From the IMG/VR virus record IMGVR_UViG_3300026270_000019, positions 1 to 30,111 of that record: DNA of 30,111 nucleotides, one strand, 5' to 3'. The notes beneath the pieces are model-generated. The model had not been told where the DNA came from, made no database searches, and saw only the letters and a program-made list of their open reading frames with translations. A program made the translations under genes and the position numbers. This DNA is from a virus (taxonomy: Duplodnaviria; Caudoviricetes). This document shows, one piece after another, positions 8,041 through 16,776 of this stretch; position 1 is the stretch's first letter, and each line of letters begins with the position of its first letter.

Positions 8041-8111
8041 TAGTTCCATCGGATCCGTAGATACTACAATGTTTCCATTTACTGGATTTTATGAGATATG
8101 TTAAGCGCGTC

Positions 8112-8120
8112 TGTTATACT
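8112..8120 (+). promoter_or_regulatory. Extended -10 sigma70 promoter upstream of attP and the RNAP gene
   Basis: TG-T-TATACT about 20 nt upstream of the tRNA fragment. Confidence 0.6.
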
Positions 8121-8139
8121 AAATTCGCTGAAAAGCCTT

Positions 8140-8178
8140 GGGAGTGTGGCGGAATTGGTAGACGCGCCGGACTTAAAA
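8140..8178 (+). mobile_element. attP: attP core: 5' half of tRNA-Leu(TAA)
   Basis: GGGAGTGTGGCGGAATTGGTAGACGCGCCGGACTTAAAA = 5' acceptor strand, D-arm, 5' anticodon stem and TAA loop; tRNA similarity ends after the loop; directly downstream of int. Confidence 0.88.
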
Positions 8179-8306
8179 ACCGCATAACTTAAAATTCATA
8201 ATGGTATTCGATCTTGGCAGAAATGCTGAGATCTTTTTATTTGCAACGGTGTTTAATCTATACACCTTCGCATAAATCCGTACAAAATATCCATAGAACA
8301 AAATAC

Positions 8307-10664
8307 ATGCCTTTACGTGCTGAAATTGAGCAGCAGGAGACATTAGAACGTAACCAAATCAAGGGCGGATTAGAAAAAATAAGGAAGGATACCCTTCACT
8401 TAGAAAAAAAAGAATACGCATCCGCTACTGTTTATGGTTCTGCTTCCATTGCTACATTGTTGCCAACATTTGTTGAATATTTAAATAAGAGAAAAGAAGA
8501 AAGAAAATTAACAGCTGTTAAGGGAGCTGGTCATCTTATTGGCTTGTTACCTTATTTATTTGCACTTGATACAGAGTCGCAAGCTGTTATTGCAGCCAAA
8601 CTTACATTTGATAAAGTATTTTCTCCAAGAAGAAAAAATCAATTAGTTGTAAGTGTTACGGATTCAATAGGAAGTGCGATTGAAGCTGAGTGCCAAATGC
8701 AATACTACGAAAAAATAGCACCTCCATTATTTGAAGCATTAAAAGAAACATACTGGCATCAAGCTAAAGGTACAGAATATAAGCGCAAGTCTATGCAAAC
8801 TATCATGAATAAGCATGATATTGTGCCTTGGAAACCTTGGAGTAGAGAATGGAAAGTAAAGTTAGGAGGTTTTTTACTTAATTGTTTAGCAGAATCATCG
8901 GGTTGGTTTGAAAGTGTAGAGAAAAGAAAAGGTAACAAGTCAGATGCATATGTAATAACAACAGATGAATTTAATAAACATAAGGAAGAAATAGTAAGGA
9001 TTACAGAATTGTTTAGTCCACTAACTAAACCAATGCTTATTGAACCTCGTGATTGGACAAACTTATACGATGGTGGCTACTACTTAAATCAGTTAACTAA
9101 TTGCCATGAAATGGTAAGAAGAGGGGTAGTGTTACGTATACAGGGGAAAACAACTTATCAATTTTTAAACCAAATACAAAAGGTTAAATACCGACTTAGT
9201 GACTTCATAGTTGGAGTAGCTAAAGAGTTGGAAGAGAAAGAAATTGAAGTAGGAAAGTTTCGTCCTGTTATTAATCATCCAATACCTCCAAAACCAGCTG
9301 ACTTTGATACTAATAAAAATAGTAAAAAGCAATGGAAAAAAGATGCTGCGATAGCACACAACAAGAATGCTAACGAATGGAGAATATCTTGTAGAACTAG
9401 AATGACAATGAATTGTGTCAGGGAGTTTGAAGATAAAGATTTCTACATACCTTGGTCGTTTGATTATCGCGGACGAGCTTACCCTATACCTAGTTTTTTA
9501 ACTCCACAAGACACAGACTTTGGTAAAAGTTTACTGAGGTTTAGTGAGGAGTCAGAGATTACTGAGGATGGGATGAAGTGGTTAGCTTTTCAAGTAGCTA
9601 CTACTTATGGTCTTGATAAAGCGACTATGGAGGAGCGGTTATCTTGGGTTATACAAGATGAAAATACAAAGTTAATTGAACGAGTAGCTACAGATCCAAT
9701 CAATAACATAGGAGATTGGGAAGTAGCTGATGAACCTTGGCAATTTCTAGCTGCATGTCACGAGTATTACTGCGTGGTCATGGGAGGATTGTCAGGCAAA
9801 ACTACTACTGGTTTACCCGTGGCAACTGATGCAACATGCTCAGGTCTACAGATACTGGCTGGTCTAGCTAGGGATAAGTCCACAGCACGTTTGGTCAATG
9901 TAATACCAAGCGATAAACCTCAAGATGCATATCAAGTTATAGCTGATAAAAGTCGTCCTCATATACCTGAAAGGTTACGTCCTTATTGGGATAGAAAGAA
10001 GACTAAAAGATGCGTTATGACAATACCCTACAATGCTAAACCTTTTAGCAATAGGCAGTACATAAGAGATGCATTCAAAGATATAGATATTGAGGTAGAA
10101 AAAGAAGAACTAACACAAATAGTTCAAGCGGTCAGGAGTGCTATGGAAGTAGTAGTCCCGGGACCGATGAAAGTAATGCGCTGGATAGAGAAAGAAGTAA
10201 GTAAAGCTATTAAGAATGGAGCTAAAGAATTAACTTGGGTCACACCATCTGGCTTTAGGGTCACACAAAAGTTAATGAAACAAGATTGGAAACGTATAAA
10301 GATGCAATTATTTGGAACTACAAACTTACGAGTAAGTATTCCAGATCAAGAATTAGGAGTAGATCTATTACATCACAAGAACGCAACTGCACCAAACCTA
10401 ATACATTCATTAGATGCAAGTTTGCTACATTTATCTGCGACAAGATTTGATGCACCAATAAGTTTGATACACGATAGTGTCTTGTGTAGAGCTACAGATA
10501 TGACATTTCTTTCTACATTAGTGCGCGATACCTACATGCACCTCTTTGCAGAGCATGACTTTTTAAAAGACTTTGCCCAAGCTATTGGAGCAGAGACTGA
10601 ACCACCGATTATCGGAGACTTACAACCGTCCGAGGTAATTGAATCCACTTATTTTTTCTGTTGA
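8307..10664 (+). CDS. T7-like single-subunit RNA polymerase (gp1)
   Basis: DYRGRAYP, DATCSGLQ (motif A), RKKTKRCVMTIPY (motif B), PNLIHSLDA, IHDS (motif C); ATG 8307 preferred over TTG 8214. Confidence 0.97.
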   Translation: MPLRAEIEQQETLERNQIKGGLEKIRKDTLHLEKKEYASATVYGSASIATLLPTFVEYLNKRKEERKLTAVKGAGHLIGLLPYLFALDTESQAVIAAKLTFDKVFSPRRKNQLVVSVTDSIGSAIEAECQMQYYEKIAPPLFEALKETYWHQAKGTEYKRKSMQTIMNKHDIVPWKPWSREWKVKLGGFLLNCLAESSGWFESVEKRKGNKSDAYVITTDEFNKHKEEIVRITELFSPLTKPMLIEPRDWTNLYDGGYYLNQLTNCHEMVRRGVVLRIQGKTTYQFLNQIQKVKYRLSDFIVGVAKELEEKEIEVGKFRPVINHPIPPKPADFDTNKNSKKQWKKDAAIAHNKNANEWRISCRTRMTMNCVREFEDKDFYIPWSFDYRGRAYPIPSFLTPQDTDFGKSLLRFSEESEITEDGMKWLAFQVATTYGLDKATMEERLSWVIQDENTKLIERVATDPINNIGDWEVADEPWQFLAACHEYYCVVMGGLSGKTTTGLPVATDATCSGLQILAGLARDKSTARLVNVIPSDKPQDAYQVIADKSRPHIPERLRPYWDRKKTKRCVMTIPYNAKPFSNRQYIRDAFKDIDIEVEKEELTQIVQAVRSAMEVVVPGPMKVMRWIEKEVSKAIKNGAKELTWVTPSGFRVTQKLMKQDWKRIKMQLFGTTNLRVSIPDQELGVDLLHHKNATAPNLIHSLDASLLHLSATRFDAPISLIHDSVLCRATDMTFLSTLVRDTYMHLFAEHDFLKDFAQAIGAETEPPIIGDLQPSEVIESTYFFC
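9123..9148 (+). promoter_or_regulatory. Candidate phage RNAP promoter, copy 2 (inside the RNAP gene)
   Basis: GGGGTAGTGTTACGTATACAGGGGAA, 25/26 identical to 1819-1844. Confidence 0.6.
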
Positions 10665-11230
10665 TGAAAAACATACACGTAACTAAAGATCCTGTAACCC
10701 TTGAAGGTTATCAGGCGATATTAAAACCAAGTAAATTTGGCTACTCACTGAAGGCTGTTGTCGGTCAGGATATAGTTAATGCACTTGAGACTGAAAGAGC
10801 TGACTGTCTTAAATGGGCAGAGTCAAAGTTAAAGAATCCAAAGAGGTCAACACTTAGACCTGAACCTTGGGAAGAAGTAGCTGATGGGAAATATATTATT
10901 AAGTTCTCATGGGCTGATGATAAGAAACCACCTGTTGTTGATACAGAAGGTACTCCAATAACTAATGAAGACACTCCAGTTTATGAAGGATCCAAAGTTA
11001 AACTTGGATTCCATCAGAAACCATACATACTTAGAGATGGTGTTACTTATGGAACATCATTAAAATTGTCTGGTGTACAGATTGTCTCTATACAATCCGG
11101 AGCTGGTGTAGATACTGGTGATTTAGATGAAGATGGAGTAGCAGATTTATTTGGTAAGACACAAGGCTTTAAGGCTGATGATCCAAACGTCACACCTTCA
11201 GAAGAAGTTGCTATTGATGATGACTTCTAA
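10664..11230 (+). CDS. ssb: Single-stranded DNA-binding protein (gp2.5-like)
   Basis: Synteny; acidic C-terminus ending DDDF. Confidence 0.9.
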   Translation: MKNIHVTKDPVTLEGYQAILKPSKFGYSLKAVVGQDIVNALETERADCLKWAESKLKNPKRSTLRPEPWEEVADGKYIIKFSWADDKKPPVVDTEGTPITNEDTPVYEGSKVKLGFHQKPYILRDGVTYGTSLKLSGVQIVSIQSGAGVDTGDLDEDGVADLFGKTQGFKADDPNVTPSEEVAIDDDF

Positions 11231-11577
11231 TGTTCAAATCAGGATTAGAGGAGAAAGTCTCTGATCTTTTATGTGAGTTAGGTGTTGATTATGAGTATGA
11301 AGGTACAAGTTTTTCTTATACTATCGCTCATAAATACACACCTGACTTTGTTTTACCTAATGGCGTATGCCTTGAAACAAAAGGATTTTGGCGACCTGAA
11401 GATCGCCGTAAGGTTAGACAAGTAATAGCAGAGAATGAGATTGATTTAAGGATGGTATTTCAAGATCCTTATAAAAAAATTAGTAAAAAATCTAAAACAA
11501 CTTATGCACAATGGTGCAAAAGATATGGAATTAAATGGTGTGCTTTTCACGCTATACCAATTGATTGGTTGACATGA
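11230..11577 (+). CDS. Endonuclease I (T7 gp3-like Holliday junction resolvase)
   Basis: FKSGLE, YTPDF, ETKG motifs. Confidence 0.95.
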   Translation: MFKSGLEEKVSDLLCELGVDYEYEGTSFSYTIAHKYTPDFVLPNGVCLETKGFWRPEDRRKVRQVIAENEIDLRMVFQDPYKKISKKSKTTYAQWCKRYGIKWCAFHAIPIDWLT

Positions 11578-13136
11578 CCGACAGCGAATTTATAAGACAC
11601 GAACCATGTCCAAACTGCGGCTCATCTGATGCACGTGCTGTATATACAGATGGGCACACTTATTGTTTTAGCTGTCAAGCTAGGACTACTGGAGATGGGC
11701 AACAACACACTCATCACATGCAAACAAATGTCACTTTTAAAGGATCAGCCCAAAGGCTGCAAAAACGAAACATCAGTGAAAAAACCTGCGAAAAATATAA
11801 AATCTACCGAGATGCAACACACCTACGCTTCCCTTATTTCGATGGCTCTGGACGCATTCAAGGATTCAAAACCAAAGACAAACTAAAAAACTTTAAGTAT
11901 GAAGGAGTTTCCACTGACACCTTATTTGGTCAGCATTTATTCCCTACTTCTGGTAAACGTATTGTTATTACTGAAGGTGAATTAGATGCTGCGAGCTGTT
12001 ATGAAGCAATGGAGAACTGGCCGATGGTTTCGCTACCACATGGGGCACAGGGAGCCAAAAAGGATCTTCAAAAACAAATACCTTTATTACAAGGATATGA
12101 GGAAATCGTCTTATTCTTCGACAATGACGAAGCAGGACGTAATGCAACAGAACAGGCAGCATCCATCCTCCCGCTCGGCAAAGTTAAGATTGCCCGATTG
12201 GATAAATATAAAGATGCTTCAGATGCCTTACAAGCTAATGATGCAAATGCTATTCGCCGTGCAATATATGATGCGAAGCCTTATCAACCTGATGGCATCG
12301 TTGATGGAAAAACATTACTTGAACAAGTAACAACTCCTAACCCACCATGTAATCACTCATATCCCTTCCCGGGACTGCAAGCTATGACCCATGGGATACG
12401 CTTTGGTGAGCTGACTACGATTACAGCAGGAACTGGACAAGGTAAATCAACCTTTTGTCGTCAATTAGCGACGGAGTTGTTAAACACAGGAGAAAAGGTT
12501 GGCTACATCGCATTGGAGGAATCCAACAGGCGAACAGCTTTAGGACTTATGTCTGTAGCTGTGGGAAAAGCCCTGCACCTTGGAGAACACGAATATACCA
12601 CCCTAAAAGATGCCTACGATTCCACTATCTTGGGTTGGAACCTTTATTTATACGACCATTTTGGTAGTTTATCTGCGGATACTATCTACAGTCGCATTGA
12701 ATACATGGCTCTGGGCTTAGATACTAAAGTAATTTTTCTTGACCACTTATCCATATTACTTAGTGGATTAGATGGAGATGAGAGAAGAATGATAGATAAA
12801 ACTATGACTGATTTAAGAAGTCTAGTTGCAAGAACAGGAATTAAATTATTTTTAGTTTCTCACTTAAGAAGAGCGCAAGGAGATAAAGCAATAGAAGACG
12901 GACAAAAAGTATCAATTGGAATGCTTCGCGGATCTGCATCTATTAGTCAGCTATCCGACACCGTACTCGCCTTGGAACGCGACCAGCAAAACCCAGATGA
13001 TGTCTCGACATTACGAGTTTTAAAGAATAGGTATTCAGGCGAAACAGGTGTGGCTGCTCAACTGAAATATGACAAAACCACCTGTAAATTCAATGAAACT
13101 ACGGACCCAATTTTCAATCCCAACACAGACTTCTGA
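11574..13136 (+). CDS. DNA primase/helicase (gp4)
   Basis: Zn finger CPNC...CFSC, TOPRIM EGELD/FDND, Walker A GTGQGKST, DHL, LKNRYSGETG. Confidence 0.97.
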   Translation: MTDSEFIRHEPCPNCGSSDARAVYTDGHTYCFSCQARTTGDGQQHTHHMQTNVTFKGSAQRLQKRNISEKTCEKYKIYRDATHLRFPYFDGSGRIQGFKTKDKLKNFKYEGVSTDTLFGQHLFPTSGKRIVITEGELDAASCYEAMENWPMVSLPHGAQGAKKDLQKQIPLLQGYEEIVLFFDNDEAGRNATEQAASILPLGKVKIARLDKYKDASDALQANDANAIRRAIYDAKPYQPDGIVDGKTLLEQVTTPNPPCNHSYPFPGLQAMTHGIRFGELTTITAGTGQGKSTFCRQLATELLNTGEKVGYIALEESNRRTALGLMSVAVGKALHLGEHEYTTLKDAYDSTILGWNLYLYDHFGSLSADTIYSRIEYMALGLDTKVIFLDHLSILLSGLDGDERRMIDKTMTDLRSLVARTGIKLFLVSHLRRAQGDKAIEDGQKVSIGMLRGSASISQLSDTVLALERDQQNPDDVSTLRVLKNRYSGETGVAAQLKYDKTTCKFNETTDPIFNPNTDF

Positions 13137-13239
13137 GTTGGATGAATTAAAAAAACCAAACCCACCTACAAAAGAAGCAAAAAAGAAAGCAAAGTTTAAA
13201 GATAAAACATATGTCAGACAAACAAATGCTGGTATTTGA
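13093..13239 (+). CDS. Small basic hypothetical protein (48 aa)
   Basis: MKLRTQFSIPTQTSELDELKKPNPPTKEAKKKAKFKDKTYVRQTNAGI bridges helicase and polymerase genes. Confidence 0.45.
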   Translation: MKLRTQFSIPTQTSELDELKKPNPPTKEAKKKAKFKDKTYVRQTNAGI

Positions 13240-13744
13240 TTGCGAAACTAACGGATTATTACATGACGTTTCTGAGATACATTGCATCGCCATCTACGAC
13301 TCCCAGAAAGAGGAGACGTTCATATTTAACAATCAAGGTAACGACTGCTACCCGATCACGGAAGCTTTGCATTGGCTCACCCATGCTGATGTCATCGTTG
13401 GTCATAATATTGTTGGCTACGATATACCTGTTCTTCGGAAAACTTATTCTTGGTTTGAGCCTTGTAATAATGTTGTCGATACTCTTGTCTTATCTAGGTT
13501 ATATCATCCAAACTTGATGGAGATAGATAAAAAAAGAAACATAGAAAGGATGCCTTTACAACTGTATGGCAGACATTCTTTAGAAGCATATGGATATCGC
13601 CTTGGTGAATATAAAGGTGAGTTTGGCAAAACAAGTGACTGGAAAGAATGGTCACAAGAAATGCAAGATTATTGCGTACAAGATGTACAAGTAACAACTA
13701 AATTATGCGAACACTTCCGCCCCTTGATGACTCGTGTAAATTAG
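13211..13744 (+). CDS. DNA polymerase A 3'-5' exonuclease domain (N-terminal part of a split gp5)
   Basis: ExoI FDCET, ExoII GHNIVGYD, ExoIII YCVQDV. Confidence 0.92.
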   Translation: MSDKQMLVFDCETNGLLHDVSEIHCIAIYDSQKEETFIFNNQGNDCYPITEALHWLTHADVIVGHNIVGYDIPVLRKTYSWFEPCNNVVDTLVLSRLYHPNLMEIDKKRNIERMPLQLYGRHSLEAYGYRLGEYKGEFGKTSDWKEWSQEMQDYCVQDVQVTTKLCEHFRPLMTRVN

Positions 13745-14976
13745 AGCATCAAGTCGCCCAGATATTAACTGAACAAGAAATACATGGATGGCAATTTAAT
13801 GAACAAAAAGCTCTCGAACTTGAGTCATCTCTCAGAAGCGAGATGGAAGAAACTCAAGCAATACTTCGAGGACAATTCCCTTACGTTGCAGGATCGTTGT
13901 TCACTCCTAAACGAGATAACGCAACACAAGGATACAGAGAAGGATGTGAAATACAACGAATAAAGGAGTTTAACCCAACATCACGAGACCACATAGCATG
14001 GATTCTGACGACTCATTTCAAAGTCAAATTGAGCAAGACCACCACGACTGGGAAACCAATTATAGACGAGATTACATTGATGGAGATAGATATTCCCTTC
14101 TCCAAACTATGTGCGAAATGTTTGACGATAAAGAAGAAGCTTGGAATGATATCCGAAGGCGTGAACGCATGGAACAGGCTTGTTACGAGTGAAGGTCGAA
14201 TACACCATCACTGCTCGGTTAGTACGAACACATTTAGATGTGCTCATCGTAAACCAAACCTAGCGCAAGTTCCTGCGGATAAAGAATTTAGAGAACTATT
14301 TACTGCTAGTCCGGGAAAAATAATGGTAGGTGCTGACTTATCTGGAATAGAGCTACGAATGTTAGCTCATTATTTAGGACGGTATGACGGAGGTCGATAC
14401 GCAGACATACTACTGAACGATGATATACATCAAGTTAATGCAGACAAAATAGGAATCACCCGCAGACAAGTTAAGACTGTCACTTATGCATTTCTCTATG
14501 GCGCGGGTAACGAAAAATTAGGACTAAGTTATGATAACTCTTTACAACCCACGAAAGCCCGTAAAAAGGGACAAGAGATTAGAGAAGCTTACGTCGCTGC
14601 TATCGAAGGACTCTCCGACTTACTTGGAGCGGTTGCAGATAAGGCTACTAAGGGTTACCTCGTGGCATGTGACGGACGACGAGTGCTGGTCGATAGCAAA
14701 CACAAAGCATTAAATTATCTTCTCCAATGTAGTGCAGGAATAATAGCTAAAAGATGGATGGTTATTGCCAACGAATTAATAACAAAAAAATATACCCACA
14801 CTCATCAACTAGCGTTTGTTCATGACGAATTGCAGTACGAGTGTTTAGAAAAAAATATAGATGAAATCAAGTTCGCCCTTGAATACTCAGCAATTAGAGC
14901 TGGAGAATATTATAAATTACGTATCCCCATCGCAGCAGAATCAAAATCAGGAAATAACTGGTCAGAAGTGCACTAG
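13705..14976 (+). CDS. DNA polymerase A polymerase domain (C-terminal part of a split gp5)
   Basis: DLSGIELR (motif A), RRQVKTVTYAFLYG (motif B), FVHDE (motif C). Confidence 0.95.
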   Translation: MRTLPPLDDSCKLEHQVAQILTEQEIHGWQFNEQKALELESSLRSEMEETQAILRGQFPYVAGSLFTPKRDNATQGYREGCEIQRIKEFNPTSRDHIAWILTTHFKVKLSKTTTTGKPIIDEITLMEIDIPFSKLCAKCLTIKKKLGMISEGVNAWNRLVTSEGRIHHHCSVSTNTFRCAHRKPNLAQVPADKEFRELFTASPGKIMVGADLSGIELRMLAHYLGRYDGGRYADILLNDDIHQVNADKIGITRRQVKTVTYAFLYGAGNEKLGLSYDNSLQPTKARKKGQEIREAYVAAIEGLSDLLGAVADKATKGYLVACDGRRVLVDSKHKALNYLLQCSAGIIAKRWMVIANELITKKYTHTHQLAFVHDELQYECLEKNIDEIKFALEYSAIRAGEYYKLRIPIAAESKSGNNWSEVH

Positions 14977-15358
14977 ATGTGGAGTTACAAAACCATTAGA
15001 TGGATTTTCTGAAAATAGCTATGGCTCTCAAAAATTTCACCGTAAAATTTGCATTACATGCAGAGATACTCAACAAGAATCTAAATTAGATGCTGTTGAA
15101 AATAAATGGGGTATAAGAGATGCTTCATTAGTGCAAAAACATAGACCTCCTGAAAATACTCCTTGTGAATGTTGTAAAACTCCTATGACATATGGACAAG
15201 AAATGAACAGTATGTGCTTCGATCACGATCCAGTAAACAAAAAATTTAGAGGATGGATTTGTAAAAGATGCAACGTAGGTCTTGGCAATGCTGGAGATAA
15301 TGACGAAGGCGTTATGAACTTCGTAAGATATTTAACACTTTATGAAATTACTAATTGA
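14861..15358 (+). CDS. Endonuclease VII-like (His-Me finger) putative homing endonuclease; start uncertain
   Basis: CTRC..CITC Zn ribbon, CECC, DHDP...RGWICKRCNVGLG. Confidence 0.82.
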   Translation: MKSSSPLNTQQLELENIINYVSPSQQNQNQEITGQKCTRCGVTKPLDGFSENSYGSQKFHRKICITCRDTQQESKLDAVENKWGIRDASLVQKHRPPENTPCECCKTPMTYGQEMNSMCFDHDPVNKKFRGWICKRCNVGLGNAGDNDEGVMNFVRYLTLYEITN

Positions 15359-16106
15359 TGCCGATTACATAGTATATAAATGCTGTGCATCGACAGAAAC
15401 GGAAATTGATTTCGGTGAAGATTTAATAGTAGTAACTTCTAATTTTACTGAAGCATACAAATGTGTAAAACGTGAATTAGACAAAATTGCAAAAGAATTA
15501 GGTGAGTTTGATGAGATGATTCTCTTCTTTACAAGCCCTAATAATTTTAGGAAAAAAATCTTACCGGAATACAAAGGTCATCGACAGAGAAAAAAGCCCT
15601 GTGGATTTAAAAGGGTCATCAATAATTTAAAAATTGAATACAAAGTTATTATTAAAGATACTTTAGAAGCAGACGATACTTTAGGTATATATGCAACTAA
15701 GTATCCGGGAAACATTATTGTCTCACCTGATAAAGATATGAGACAGATACCGGGTAAATTATATGACTTTAAAGAGACAGTTGAGATTACACCTGAAGAT
15801 GGTGCTAAATGGCATCTTATACAGACACTTGCTGGTGACAACACAGATGGCTACTCAGGTGTGCCGGGAATTGGTATAAAACGTGCCGAACAGATCTTCA
15901 AACTCAAAGGCTACACATGGAAAGCAGTAGTAGAAACTTTTGAAGAGAAAGACATGACTGAAAAAGATGCATTAATAAATGCACAACTTGCTCGCATACT
16001 TACTACTGAAGATTACGATCATGACAAAAAAGAACCAATACTCTGGACCCCCAAAGCCGATTACAAAATTGACTATGGAGCAAGATTTGAAGCTACGCCA
16101 GCTTGA
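15342..16106 (+). CDS. 5'-3' exonuclease (T7 gp6-like)
   Basis: LLIDAD, YKGHR, EADD, DKDMRQIPG, GDNTDGYSGVPGIG. Confidence 0.95.
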   Translation: MKLLIDADYIVYKCCASTETEIDFGEDLIVVTSNFTEAYKCVKRELDKIAKELGEFDEMILFFTSPNNFRKKILPEYKGHRQRKKPCGFKRVINNLKIEYKVIIKDTLEADDTLGIYATKYPGNIIVSPDKDMRQIPGKLYDFKETVEITPEDGAKWHLIQTLAGDNTDGYSGVPGIGIKRAEQIFKLKGYTWKAVVETFEEKDMTEKDALINAQLARILTTEDYDHDKKEPILWTPKADYKIDYGARFEATPA

Positions 16107-16326
16107 AATCCAGCTTAGTAAACCAGAAACAAGAAAGGAAGACATTGCCACAGTAATGATTGCGTTACAAGAGCAAACTTTTGTCTTGTCAAATTGTATT
16201 AAAAACCTTATAGAAAAATGGCCGAAACCACCAACGACCACGGACCCTCGTACTACAAACGAGGTTCCATTAATGTTTGGGATTTTATTAGAGACCAACG
16301 ACTCGGATTCCACCTTGGAAACGTAA
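16021..16326 (+). CDS. Hypothetical protein, overlapping both neighbours
   Basis: MTKKNQYSGPPKPITKLTMEQDLKLRQLE...; helical character; internal ATG of ORF 15979. Confidence 0.6.
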   Translation: MTKKNQYSGPPKPITKLTMEQDLKLRQLEIQLSKPETRKEDIATVMIALQEQTFVLSNCIKNLIEKWPKPPTTTDPRTTNEVPLMFGILLETNDSDSTLET

Positions 16327-16463
16327 TCAAATACACATGCAGAGCGGGTCATAAAGACAACGACATACAAGATTTACAAAAAGCTATCCACTACCTACAA
16401 AATGAGATCGAATTTAGAACAAGCCAAAGAGTTCAGGAAGAAATATCAAATACAAAATTCTGA
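16218..16463 (+). CDS. DUF3310 / T7 gp1.7-like protein
   Basis: PSYY...GNVIKYTCRAGHK...DLQKAIHYL signature. Confidence 0.85.
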   Translation: MAETTNDHGPSYYKRGSINVWDFIRDQRLGFHLGNVIKYTCRAGHKDNDIQDLQKAIHYLQNEIEFRTSQRVQEEISNTKF

Positions 16464-16776
16464 TAATAAAGCAACGAGAGATTATCAAGTCAGCTTAATT
16501 ACTGAAGAGTATATGGAATTTATTGAAGCTGAAATGATGCTGTTTAGAAATACCGATAAGTACAAAGAGGAAGCTCTTAAAGAGTTAGCTGATCTTGTTT
16601 ATGTCTGTTATCAGTATGCAGCAAACATGGGTTGGGATTTAGACAGAGCATTAAAGCTAGTACATAAAAGTAATCTATCGAAACTAGATGAAGATGGAAA
16701 ACCAATTAGAAGAGAAGACGGAAAGATATTAAAAGGACCAAATTACAAAAAACCCAACTTACATTCACTCATATAA
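16402..16776 (+). CDS. MazG-like / PRA-PH-like NTP pyrophosphohydrolase
   Basis: EEYMEF...KELADLVYV...VHKSNLSKL...REDGKILKGPNY. Confidence 0.88.
   Translation: MRSNLEQAKEFRKKYQIQNSDNKATRDYQVSLITEEYMEFIEAEMMLFRNTDKYKEEALKELADLVYVCYQYAANMGWDLDRALKLVHKSNLSKLDEDGKPIRREDGKILKGPNYKKPNLHSLI

Noticed and set aside
8140-8215. Complete tRNA-Leu gene
   Set aside because: Sequence diverges after the anticodon loop, with no T-arm or 3' acceptor strand; better explained as attP
8214-8306. N-terminal extension of RNAP from TTG 8214
   Set aside because: No support for this start; ATG 8307 gives a size consistent with compact cyanophage RNAPs
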